In this document: positions 1 through 11,340 of the stretch, in pieces
Layout: each line of letters starts with the position of its first letter
Position numbering within the stretch: the first letter of the stretch is position 1
Origin: Ramazzottius varieornatus
Lineage: Eukaryota > Animalia > Tardigrada
NCBI GenBank assembly: GCA_001949185.1
Contig: BDGG01000007.1
Coordinates: 445,401 to 509,400 of the forward strand
DNA length: 64,000 bases
Reading direction: 5' to 3'
Notes under the pieces: model-generated
Told to the model about the DNA's origin: nothing
Seen by the model: only the letters and a program-made list of their open reading frames with translations
Databases searched by the model: none
Made by a program: the position numbers and the translations under genes

Positions 1-1606
1 GATGAAGATAGCACCTGAACATGAACAGGTTAGCTTCACAAATGTTTTTGATAAGCAGTGGACTATCAATACCGAAACTCCTTTAGTATCATCGTTAATA
101 AAACTTACCGAGCATGACTGGATGATCCCCAATATTGGCAGATCTCGACCGAAGAAACAGGTGTCGATACGTCACAGCAGTAACGAAGAACTTTCCCACG
201 TTGAACATGGTGTCGACGCCAAGCACAGAAAAATTATCAGCATTCGTGCAGAATCGTACCATGTCACCGAACTGTCTCTTTGTTGCGCAGAAGATGAAGA
301 GCGATGGGACTGCGTGGATTTCGTTGATGAATCTGAGAGACGGAAAGTCGAATTCTTTCTTGCATTTTTCCTGAAGTCCCATGATGTCATCTACTGGCTG
401 CGCGTCTTGAGTTAAATTTCGGATTTGTTTCGTGCCGGTTGGGATACTAGCGGGGTTCTTTACTGTGTAGATCTCATCGCGATCCTCTTCAAAGGTCTTC
501 AGAGCGTTGCCGCGGTCTTGGCTCTTTAATGACTTCTTCACGCTTTGATAGCTTCGACTGTAAGGCTTTGATCCGTGTCGACGGTTACCATGCTGTGAAG
601 GTTCGAAGGAATGTGCCTCCTTGTCAAACTGGTAATACAGAAAGGAGTAATCACGCTTGGCATGGCTGTCGTCGTGAGCGCGAATGTACACTCGTCTGAA
701 GTCTTTGGACGAGTTGCAGATCCAAGTCTGTCGAGTGAACCAGTATCCCTCTTCATCAGCGTCGTACTCTTCCTTCGTTGCGCTCATCAATTTACCTTCG
801 GTGCGGGTGAAATAGAAGGAGCGCGGACCGTGTGTTGCAGAATATGCTCCGTTATCGTCGGAGAGAACATCACGCGGATCAGTCAGCGACTTCTCATGCA
901 TGATGAACACACAATGATCTTCTGGTCTAAATGGCGGATCTTTCGCGACAGGATCGATTTCCAAATGGACGTCCAGTAACAGCTGGACAGCATCAAACGT
1001 GCCGACTGTCTGGTTCCTTCCTCGACTGAAGCAGTCTGTGTTAGCGTACTTGCAAGGCGAATATCCCAAGCTACGTCTGAAAACAAGTATCAACAGTCAC
1101 TTGTTAATTTCTGAACGTGGTTTGTCTTGTGAATCGGGTAATCGCAATTATCTAATTAAAAGTTCGCAATTAAATTTCTGATGCGAAGCTAGTCTTAAAC
1201 CAGAACCGGCTCACCTGAGCTCATCAACGTCCTCTGGATCAAGGTTGAACGATTTTTCTGCTTCCGGTGTCTCCTTGTGTTCGGAACTGATGGTCTGGTA
1301 ATCATCGGTTTCTTTGAATGCTGCCTTCAAACTCCTCCGCGCACCTTGATCCTCTTCGTCACTGCTGTCGAGCGTGATGACGTCTTTACTTGGCTGCTTC
1401 TTTCCGGTGATTGAGAGTACGGTTGACTGTCTTCCCGCACTTCCCGACAAGTACGCGCTCAAGTTTCTTTTGAAGCCCCGATCAATCTAGAAGACCATCG
1501 CATGTTGAAATTGAGATTATGGAGGTTATCGTGTTCGTATTAGGATAACTAATTAATCTCTTACCGCTTGAAACGACGATGGTTTTTTAATGGGGCTGTT
1601 TGGCAT
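1..1606 (-). CDS. Intron-containing MULE (Mutator-like) transposase-related protein, 3' end outside window
   Basis: Exons ~1606-1565, 1486-1215, 1076-109 and 15-1 have GT-AG boundaries; the first two junctions were checked and join in frame. ORF 95..1093 contains HGN...PYSR and SVLGVDTMFNVGKFFVTAVTYRHL...HPVMLG, which resembles the first catalytic-Asp block of invertebrate MULE transposases. Start codon is uncertain. Confidence 0.65.
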
Positions 1607-2342
1607 ACTGCTTTCACTTTCGGAATTATACGGCACAAGCAAAGGAAATCTGCAACCCAAAAGCGTGATGGTCAATATTCAATTTGTTTTCATGATCTGA
1701 CATTTTTCTGATGGCTTAATGGCTAAAACGCGAATGTCCACTTACGATGATTTCTCTCTGCCTCATTTCCGCTGGATGACTCCTCCATGACCCAAAAGTG
1801 GCGACCAAGAGGCAGAATAATACTCACGAAAATATCGGATTACGTTTCAAATAACAGTATCAAAAAGACGGAAATGAGGAACGAAACGTCGACCGTTATT
1901 GCATTTGTGCATCAGACACTGATGAAGCAATATCGCTATCGTGTGAGCGCCAAAAGATTTCTCATTTAAGGCTGGTTCTTCACTTCATTGTCTGTAAAAA
2001 ATCTCCCTGCAGCTTTGTTGTTCTGTTGCAGACTGGCGCCCTTCACGGTCTCAACATTAGGAGCGTGATAAGCCGGTCGAGTTGCATCGGTGGCCGTTAC
2101 TGCGTAGTTATGTGAATTTACGTACAGAGACAACATTCCATTTTTGTAGAATATTATTCGGAGAATTTTCGTCTGCATATTGTATTTTTAATATTTAAAA
2201 TGTACATCAGTCCAGATACAGAGTACAAATCCAGGGGAAATCCAGATACAGAATCCAGATACAGGGATCCACCGATCCAGTCCAGGCCCTGGTTTTAGCA
2301 TATGCCCTCTAACTAAGCGCCGGTTAAGCTGCCTTCGGCACT

Positions 2343-3148
2343 CTATTTCTGATATTCAATTTTCAAAGTCTGGGTAGACACATTACCCTTAAAAACGACT
2401 TTACCGCTAACATTAATCCAACAGCCTGGGAGATCGATGTCTCCCTCGTAAGTACCGTCGCACACTTCTAGTCCTACGATTTTGACTTGAGACGGGCTCT
2501 TGACCACCCATTCCCGGAAAGGTTCAGTCCTACCACCCCATGGAGGATGCATGCCATGGCAGGAATCATATTTGGCTCTCCAAGATCCTGACTTGTCTTC
2601 GGTAAGTCCATCCATTGTTTTCACCCTTCCTGAAGCGGCAAAATAAAAGAAAGTAAGTGCTCTGCTCGGTGCGACGGTTTACAGATGAGAATTCCGTCAT
2701 TAAACTAACGCATTCTGCTCTAGGAGCCTTCATCGTGAAATACCCATCAAGAATTTAGCTAGGATCCAGTTCAGAGAGGAGCATACCCAGGTCCACTTCG
2801 CAATGGTAAACAACAGTTGCTTCTCCCTCATTGCGCCATTTTCCAATCACTCGAGCAGTAGGTATCGCAGCGAAGTAAATTCCTGGACCCAGTCTACCTT
2901 CGGTACTCATCAACAAGCCCGACCGCGTGATGGGAGATGCTGCTCCCACTTTTGTTCCATGACCTTTGACACAGCAGTATGACTATAATTGGAGCTCAGT
3001 GCAATGATGAGCGAGCATTCGTACCTAGTATGCAGGCATGTCGCATATAGCAGTCGGAACTGACATGGTGAGAATCGTCGTTGCCACACAGTGCACAGTG
3101 ATGCTTCTCATGGTCCCATCTGCATCCATCAGCCTTGCATCGCGGCAT
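2343..3148 (-). CDS. Gig2-like / PARP-type ADP-ribosyltransferase-fold protein with N-terminal Cys/His cluster (copy A)
   Basis: 3 exons (3148-3025, 2963-2787, 2629-2343) splice in frame: MPRCKADGCRWDHEKHHCALCGNDDSHHVSSDC...HGT...GRLGPGIYFA...CEVDLGRVK...YDSCHG...FREWVVKSPSQV. The HGT, GxGIYF and E motifs match the H-Y-E ART/Gig2 pattern. Confidence 0.75.
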
Positions 3149-3602
3149 AATGTCAGAAAGCACCAGAATACCGAGCTCAGAAATAAGCTAGAATACTTTA
3201 GCTGTTGTTCCGTGACCAATCTGCCAGAAGAAGAACACCATAAAACGTCGACTTGCAAGGTTATATCGATATTCATGAGCAGGAAATCCGTCTTTTTTTA
3301 GAATCAAATAGTGTATTAATGTAGGTAGAGTATACGGAGTTTTCAGAATTATGCAGTTACTGTTTGCATCCGAATGCATCGTTCTCGACATGGCCAGTAC
3401 TATGCTATCTAGTTTATCTGAACGCCACAACAGTTTAGGTAGACTGAACCAACAGTCGATAAGGAGTGTTGCCTGTCAATTAGCCGGATATGGAAGAGAA
3501 CGGTTCTTTGTCAGTCTTTGTTGGCTATTTATTGGACGATAGTCCTCATCGGCTTCCGTTTAGTAACAGCAACAATACTAGGTTACTCATCCGTTGCACA
3601 TT

Positions 3603-3732
3603 GTCAAGAGTGCTTCCCTGCCTGTGATCAAATTTGATTGGTTTCGAGTATATGCGCAAGCTTACTGCCACTGCAGTAATACGATCACAACTGCTAATCA
3701 AATTTGAGCACGGGCTGGGAAGCATTTTTGAC
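3603..3732. mobile_element. Short palindromic MITE-like element
   Basis: gtcaagagtgcttccctgcctgtgatcaaatttgattgg at the left end is nearly the reverse complement of ctaatcaaatttgagcacgggctgggaagcatttttgac at the right end. Confidence 0.55.
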
Positions 3733-3871
3733 GTTTTAATCAGAATTTCTGGCCGAAGTAGAAGATAGGGGAAGCATGGGCGTGGTGTGCAACCGGCTCA
3801 TATGAACCACAGTTGGACTGAGTCCGAATGATAGAGTGGCACCGAGATATCGTTCTTGCAGATATCGTGTT

Positions 3872-4476
3872 GTACATTCCGGTCGCTCGAGAAGTAGACA
3901 TTGTTCTTCCATTTTTATTCTCTCACCAGTCAAACATTTACCGTACAGCTTGCCTAAAATGGAAAAAGACGACGTCAAGAGTCCACTAGCAATCAATATG
4001 ATAGAAAATTTAACTATTTCTTTTCAACCAATGTGAAGGCACGAGATTTTCGAAAGCAGTTTAGTATAGCTGAGCTGTCAGCCTCTGACCATCCCTTCAT
4101 AGCTGGACTCGCTTACCACGAAGCAATTTCCGTGGTAAGCGAGTCCAGTTTTCTGGATACAGGGATGTCGGTTGCACGGCTCCGCCAGAAGTGCCTTTCG
4201 TTGTTCGATGCTTATCCGCAAGATATACTCCACTGCATCTCCGTCTGTCGAACCAATCCCCAATCTGAAAACGTCTTCCTGAATCTCTACTGCTTGTCTG
4301 ACAAAGATGTGGTGCGATAAGAAAGAGAAGGTTCGATACTTTGAACAGAGAACAAAAAGTAAATACAACAGATTGCCCGTGCTACGTGAACGAACGAACG
4401 AACAAAAAATCAAAAGTACTCATGGCGAGAACTCTTGGGTTTACTTTAATTTTGCAGCTTTGAGATCGAAAAATGG
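3872..4476 (+). repeat. Dispersed repeat, copy 1 (inverted copy at ~46118-46666)
   Basis: Colinear similarity over ~550-600 bp with the reverse complement of 46118-46666; both copies translate to VSESSFLDTG...ILHCISVCRTN. Confidence 0.8.
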
Positions 4477-4780
4477 GTTTCGGCGGCCCAATTTCTGGAA
4501 ACTCATTTTTGCTACCAAATGACCCTTTTCTGGCGTTAAGTTTAAGAGAAGATCCAGGGACAGGGAATCGAAAGTTTGCCGTACCTCGCCGTGGCTCAAA
4601 GTCTCAAAAAACTGTTCGCCCTTTTGGGAAGACACTCGGGAAAATTTTAGGGGTGACCAATATCTGAAACATCCCCGCCAGGGGGTGTAATGCCAGAACG
4701 ACTGCCAGCCCTAATTTGAGGGCTTTCAAGTTTCTATGCAGGGGTGCAATCTAACCGCTTAACCTGTCTTGAGTATTTTC

Positions 4781-6220
4781 AGGACGAGCGAAGCGAGTCC
4801 TTTATAGGTCTGTCGAAAAGTCAATGTGTGTCGCAAATGGTGAAGCTTTCTGATATCGCAAACTTCGTTATGTAAAACGATGCGCGAGGTGACCGGGGTT
4901 GCAAGAAGTTTTTATTCGGAATCCTTATCAAACCTCATACGCCTGTCACGATGGGCGCAGTGAGAAAGACATCCGACCACGGGAAGAACTTTGCCAGTGT
5001 TCCGGAAGAAACATTAGCAACAACGCGTCATACAAGTTATGACTATGATGACCATGAGGATTTGTGGGGTCGTCCGCGCAATTGGACTTCAGCTCCACCC
5101 CCTCTGGCACCACCAAGAATGACGGAGCGCACATCCATAAGATTACGAGCAGACGCTACTAACTTTGCCAGCCGCTCAACCCTTGCTCACATGGTCTACG
5201 AGCAGTTGATTGTCCCAGGACGAAGCGGCAGGGTAGTGGACGACCGAGCAACGGAGGCGCGAAGCGCCGGAGTGCGAGTCCGCAGGGGGTTCAGGGGGCT
5301 TAGCCCCTTGATGTAACTAGAACAAACATTGTGCCCCATGGCTGTTAGGACTCTGCACTCAGCGTGCGCGCTCGTATTGTGAGAAGCGCTAGTCAGGACG
5401 AGCGAAACGAGTCCTTTATAGGTCTATCGAAAAGTAAATGTGTGTCGCAAATGGTGAAGCTTTTAATATCGCAAACTCCGTTATGTAAAACGATGCGCGA
5501 GTTGACCGGGGTTGCAAGAAGTTTTTATTCGCGACCTTTATCAAACCTTATTAGAGCCCTGCAATATGCAGTACGTTCTGCACTGCACTGCATCTTACTG
5601 CAATGCAGTGCAGGTGCAGTCGCCGAAATGGTGAGAAAATGCAGTTGCAGTGCAGTTGGAGTTTTAAAAGTGAGCACCGTTCGCCGCAGTATACTGTTGT
5701 TGCCCCAAAATAGTGGTAAATTCAATTTTTTCTGGTCGGATTGTACCTTTTTCGTTTAAATCTCCGTAAAACATTCACGTTCACGATGTATTTGACATGT
5801 ACTTCCCAAGACATGCAGAAATTCTGAATTTTTAAAGGCAGTTCAATGCAGTTGCAGTTTGGAGAACAGCCAAAAAATGCAGATGCGGTGCAGTTGGAGT
5901 TTGTGAAAACCGGATGCAGTGCGGAAGCAGCACGCGTTTCAGGTGCTGCTGCAGGGCTCTAAACCCCATACGCCTGTCACGATGGGTGCACTGAGTAAAA
6001 CATCCGACCACGAGAAAAACTTTGCCAGTTTTCGGAAATGTTCCGCAAAAACATTGGCAATAATGGGGGAAGGAGGAAGGAGAAAGGGGGAAGGGGGAAG
6101 GGGGTTCAGTGGTCAGGAGCGACTGACCCGAAAAAACAAATGAGAGAATCCCTCTCATTTGTTTTTCTTTTGTTTCTATCGCATTCGCTCGGCTTTCCCA
6201 GTGGTCAGCACCACTAGCTA
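4781..6220 (+). mobile_element. Two tandem copies of a Helitron/Helentron-like non-autonomous element
   Basis: Units start at ~4781 and ~5394 with caggacgagcgaa(g/a)cgagtcct (hairpin) and share ~230 bp. Unit 1 contains the GC-rich hairpin aggggttcagggggcttagcccctt...ctag and ends at ctagt. The class assignment is inference. Confidence 0.55.
5552..5961. mobile_element. hAT-type MITE nested in the second Helitron-like unit
   Basis: TIRs tagagccctgca / tgcagggctcta; degenerate 8-bp TSD aaccttat / aaccccat. The empty site aacctcat is present in unit 1 (~4931). The interior is rich in tgcag repeats. Confidence 0.85.
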
Positions 6221-6582
6221 AACTGCTAATAAGACGAGCCGCATCCAAGTGCTGCGGACTTTGTTGTCATGTTAACTGTCGTGTCGCATGTCATTTCCGT
6301 CACGATATAAACCTAGTCACGAATACAGAAACCTGCAATTGTTAAAGTCGGTCACATGATTTTGCATGTAAAAAGTCTTTTTCTGGACATACATCGGTAA
6401 AGTCTGATGGTCAAAACAGCGAAATAGGGACACAAGACAGCGAAATAGGGACACAAGATAGAAAAATATTATCGCTTTTAGATAAGACAAAAATTTTCAA
6501 TTACACAACATGAAAAACTACCAAATAAATCAGTGAGCCTCCACGGCTGAGTTTTCCTCGGAGGATATTCATATTCTTCCGC

Positions 6583-7377
6583 CTATCTCAATGTTACGTG
6601 TGCTCCATTAAGAACCATCGTTCCAGCAGTTATATTACCGCCGAAAGTTACTCTTCCACTGATATTAATCCAGCAACCGGGAAGATGGATGTGTCCGTCG
6701 TAAGTTCCATCACAAATTTCCAATCCAACAATTTTTACTTGCGAGGGGCTCTTGACCACCCATTCCCGGAAAGGTTCAGTCCTACCACCCCATGGAGGAT
6801 GCATGCCATGACAGGAGTCATAGTTGGCTCTCCAGGATCCTGATTTGTCTTCAGCAAGACCGTCCATTGTTTTCACCTTCCCTGTTACAAACAGATAAAT
6901 GAAACACAACAGTGTGTCTGGCTCTGCCCCTTTTTAGATCGGATCTAGCAATTTGACCAGCGGATTCCGGTTTGACAATTTTAGCAACGAAAAAGTTCTT
7001 CAAAAAAGACACGTACCCAGGTTCACTTCGCAGTGATAAAGAACCGTTGCTTCCCCCTCATTGCGCCATTTTCCAATGACCCGAGCAGTAGGTATCGTTG
7101 CGAAATAGATCCCTGGGCCTAACCTACCTTCAGAACTCACCCTTAAACCGGACTGCGTAATGGAAGATGTTGCGCCCGTTTTTGTTCCATGACCTTTGTA
7201 AGAGTATATGATTGTTAAGCACGTTACGCGTGATGAAGAACCGATTTTTTTACCTAATATGCAGGCAAATCGTCTAGGACAGTCAGCACTGACGTGACGA
7301 GAGTCGCCATCTCCACAGAGTGCACAGTGATGTGTCTCGTGACGCCAGTTGCATCCCACAGCGTTGCATCGCGGCAT
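6583..7377 (-). CDS. Gig2-like / PARP-type ADP-ribosyltransferase-fold protein with N-terminal Cys/His cluster (copy B)
   Basis: 3 exons (7377-7254, 7193-7017, 6881-6583) with the same exon 1/2 lengths (124, 177 nt) and phases as copy A: MPRCNAVGCNWRHETHHCALCGDGDSRHVSADC...HGT...GPGIYFA...FREWVVKSPSQV. Confidence 0.75.
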
Positions 7378-7924
7378 GATGTTCACGAAAATCCAATTAT
7401 CAAGTCCAGAACTCGATTTCAGTTAATCAAGTTAGTTTGGTGTCCGCAAGTCAAGTCTTTGCGAAAGGAAAACGAAGACGAAACGTTACTGCACAAGTCA
7501 AATTGCGCCAACTTGACAGGTTTGTATTTAATCATCTTAATTCAAAATCTTAAACGGATGTTGTCGACAGACTCGACACTGGACAAAGACAGTCGCGTTT
7601 CATACTTTCAACAATCTGATGATAAAACAAGAACTACATCGGTGTTCCCTAAGTAAGTGTTTACATTGTCGCCAACTGTATCTAAACGCTGCGACTAAAA
7701 GAGGGATAAGACAGATGTCAAGTAATGGTCTGCAGTCGACGATACTCCTCGGCAGAATTATCGGTGGTCTGCTCATTGTGCAACAGTAGTTTGGGTCGAA
7801 GCAGACGGTTTGGGACCGGCGCCAGTTATGACAGTTGAGATAGCGCAGAGTGATCGAGGTATTGTTCTTGCAACACGAGCGGACGTTAGACCGAATATCA
7901 ACCTCGATAACGAATCGTCCCTTA

Positions 7925-8809
7925 CGAGGGGATTTAGCCAATGCTCCAGTCTCATCTGACAAACTGAAACGACAGAGAGGTAGAGGAGAGTTTTCTCTAT
8001 CGACTGGCATAGACCAGGTCGGCAGAAAAAAATCCTGGAAGACACAGCAGGAAGCGGAAGTGACGTCAGAATCTGGGCGGAACATGGGCGTCAGCAAAGT
8101 TTACATCGGCCTCAGTCAAGTGGTTTGAGTGTCTGCTGGTTGATTTGCTATTTGATTGGTCTGTAGCGCTATTATGGGTAACAGAGCAGCTGATCACTAC
8201 AGTTGTGACTGTTTCGTCAAACTTCGTCCTCTTTTCTCGTCTGCTCTCCTCCAGTTATCACAGACCTGGATTCTGGTGTGGACCTTATCAATAAGCCAAC
8301 CGCACCTCTGACAAGTGCCTTCAGTCATGGTCACTTGGAGAGTCGTTGGGTTGAAAATCCTGTTCATAGACCATCTCCAAAAGCTTTAGGATGTTCAAGG
8401 GGTTAACAGAATCCATGTCTGCGATAACTGAGGAGAGAAAACGAGAAANNNNNNNNNNNNNNNNNNNNNNNNNNNNNNNNNNNNNNNNNNNNNNNNNNGA
8501 TAACTGGAGGAGAGAAAACGCGAAAAGAGAACGAAGTTTGACACAACAATCAAGACTAGTGATCAGCTGCTCTTCTACCCATATAGTGTTACAGACCAAT
8601 CAAATAGCGAATCGACCAGCACACAATCAAATTACTTGACTGATGCCGATGTTCCGCCCAGATTCTGACGTCACTTCCGCTTCCTGTTGTGTCTTCCAGG
8701 ATTTTTTTCCGCAGACCTGGTCTATCCCAGTCGATAGAGAAAACTCTCCTCTACCTCTCTGTCGTTTCAGTTTGTGACATAAGACTGGAGCATTGGCTAA
8801 ATCCCCTCG
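7925..8809. mobile_element. Foldback MITE with ~330-bp TIRs and TTA target duplication (spans an assembly gap)
   Basis: cgaggggatttagccaatgctccagtc... at the left is mirrored by ...gactggagcattggctaaatcccctcg at the right; tta flanks both ends, which suggests PIF/Harbinger type. Confidence 0.8.
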
Positions 8810-9081
8810 TTAGGCACTACAGTAACCTGCCGAAGTAAACAAATATAGGCGGGTATTATACTTGGCTCTTGCTTGATGAAAGACTCCAATGACCGGAACT
8901 ACCGCTTAGAACCACTGGAATTCCCTGAAGGCGCCTTTGTGAGCATACCTGCTTGGTGTGGGATCCGATGGACCCGAATCTCCACAAAATGCTCGAACAG
9001 GTTCAGAAAGACTGCCCAACAGTATCCGCCTTAGTGATATTCGCATAAGAGTAACTCGACCAAACCCAATTTTAATTCAAC

Positions 9082-9460
9082 AAGCCCGAGCTGCCAGAGC
9101 TCTAATGTAGTCTTAATATGATATGTCCCGGCCTCAGATTGTCTAATATAATGTTAATATCTTACTATAAACTTCTTATGTCGGGTTCCTTTTACAATAT
9201 ATTACAACATATCGAATCACTTTCAGATCATTATGTCAACGGTAGAAAAGAACTTCCCTCCTTAACAACGTTGCCAGTAAAATAGTCTTACCTAGATCCA
9301 GCAACAGGAAGCTCATGAGTTCACAGTCAGAAGATCTGCCAAGGAACTGTCCGAAAATAAAACAGCAGTTTTTATCGGATTCTGTCTCTTCTCTGGATGC
9401 TCGCGGAGCTCCCTTCCTTCGATCATGCTGACATCCCTGGGAAAACAGCCAAAATATATA
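9082..9460 (+). repeat. Dispersed repeat, copy 1 (direct copy at ~21433-21800)
   Basis: aagcccgagctgccagagctct...tatgtcaacggtagaaaagaactt...ccaaggaactgtccgaaaataa aligns with aagcccgggctgtcagagttct...tatgtcaacgggaaaagagaactt...ccaaggaaccgtccaaaaataa. Confidence 0.75.
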
Positions 9461-11340
9461 CAATGACTTCCATAAGTATTCGGGTACCGGCATCTGTGTT
9501 AAAAAATGCATATATCGTTGTTTTTCAACCAATCCGCATTCTTCCACTTGTGCTGCAAGGACAAGTAATTTATTCTTATCACGTTGCTTGTGTTGGGTCT
9601 AACTAACAAATCAATTCGCATCAGAGTTTTAACCTCAAGATCTTCCGTCTTTCTCAATGGATCAATTCGGAATGAGACTCTTCATAAGTAATATCATAGA
9701 CCACAGCGGAAAAGCTCTTTCGAGACAAGGATAAGAAGAACAGGGCAATTAGACATTTGTCAGTGGGGAAAACCGAGTATACTGCTTTATGCTCGGGTCC
9801 TCGAAACTTTCCTGCAGATAACTGATAAAGTGCTCGTTTCATAGCTGGATGTTTGCTTCATTCTTTGACTGTAAGCATTACGTCTTATGTGTAGGAAGGA
9901 TTGTGTAGCGGAGCATCAAAATCGGGTTAGTTTCTGATGGTTTCGGTTGTGTGCTGTGATTTGATTTGTTGGTTTGGCCGTTAAGCAATGTAGAACGAAA
10001 CGTTAATTAATTGTCCTTGCAACACAAGGGGAAGTATGTGGATCGGTTGAGAAACAAAGGAATATCGATTTTTGAACACAGACAGAGTGCCCGAATGCTT
10101 ATGGGAGTCAGTGTAACGCGCTCAAAAACGAAATGTGGTGCCTGAAAAGCAGGCAGCGTTGAATAAAGCGGGAATTGCGAGATTGCAGGTGAGTCCCGAA
10201 ATCACACTCCTGCACATACAAGTTAAGCCCACTGCTTTAATCAGGTCGCTACCTCCGAACGTTCGCGACGGCACCTCAGGCGCAGTGGATTCTGAACGAA
10301 ACAAAACTGCACAAGAACCTTCTTTAGATGTGTAGTTTTGCGTGAGCTAAAGGGTATTAGGACTTACGGGAACGACTAACGGCCCATTCTGTAGCGGATA
10401 TGAAAAGCTATTTTTTACCGTGGCCGAATGCTCCTGTTTTCTGGCATGCTGCTGACACCAAAGCGAAGCCACCATCTAGTTGATCGAGACAGGGTCCGGA
10501 GAGGGCTGCGGAAAGGTCATGGTTCTGTGAAAGGTGGCTGGGAATCCCGGCTAAACGGGATAATAGAACAGCAGTGAAGGTGGACGTAATACATCACAAA
10601 AAGTGTTCTCCACACGACGCAGATGAATGTCGCACTGCCATGCACGACTTTCATCCGACAGCCTGTCAGTCGGGTATCTATTCGGTCCGATCTCTCGCTG
10701 GGTCGATCCATCCGGTAGGTCCGAGCCTGACTTCTGGAGCTACTCCACTGAAGGGAAGACCGAATCGAGTCTGCCGTCCCAGTCATCAACCCGGGTGGAC
10801 CCGATCTGGAAAGAAAACCAACAGAAAACGGAAGAAATCAAGCAATTAAACAGAATCCTGAAAAGAAGTTCAGTCGATCAAGCCATCAGGTGAAAACTTT
10901 GATTGATTGATTGGGTGTACCAGGTATACACACCTGACGCTCACAAATGTGCAGCGTACATACGGCAACGTAGACAGACGCGCCCAGACAGCACAGTAAG
11001 CCGATCCGAGGAACCTTTTTTTATGAGGCCAGAGTTGAAGGATGATAAGGAAGGCACTCCTCACCCTGTTCGGTGTGTTTGCATTACTCCGCGACAGCTC
11101 AGCTGGAATTTTGAAGCGAATTTCCCACCCAGCGACACTCAGCTATTATCACTTGCGAGCTCGATGGTCTATGATGTCTCGTCTACACTGTCCTGCAGTG
11201 TTGGTGTTGCCGAAGATCTGACGGACAGTTTAACTTACCCATATTTTTGCAGCGAAGTATATTTAAGCAGTACAATTATATTTTCGCTCCAGACAACCCG
11301 TGAATGTTAGATTAAAATCTCAAACACCCAAAGTGGCTTT

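Noticed and set aside
2210-2290. atccagatacag tandem repeats ending in ccaggccctg
   Set aside because: Looks like one hAT-type end, but no matching second terminus was found.
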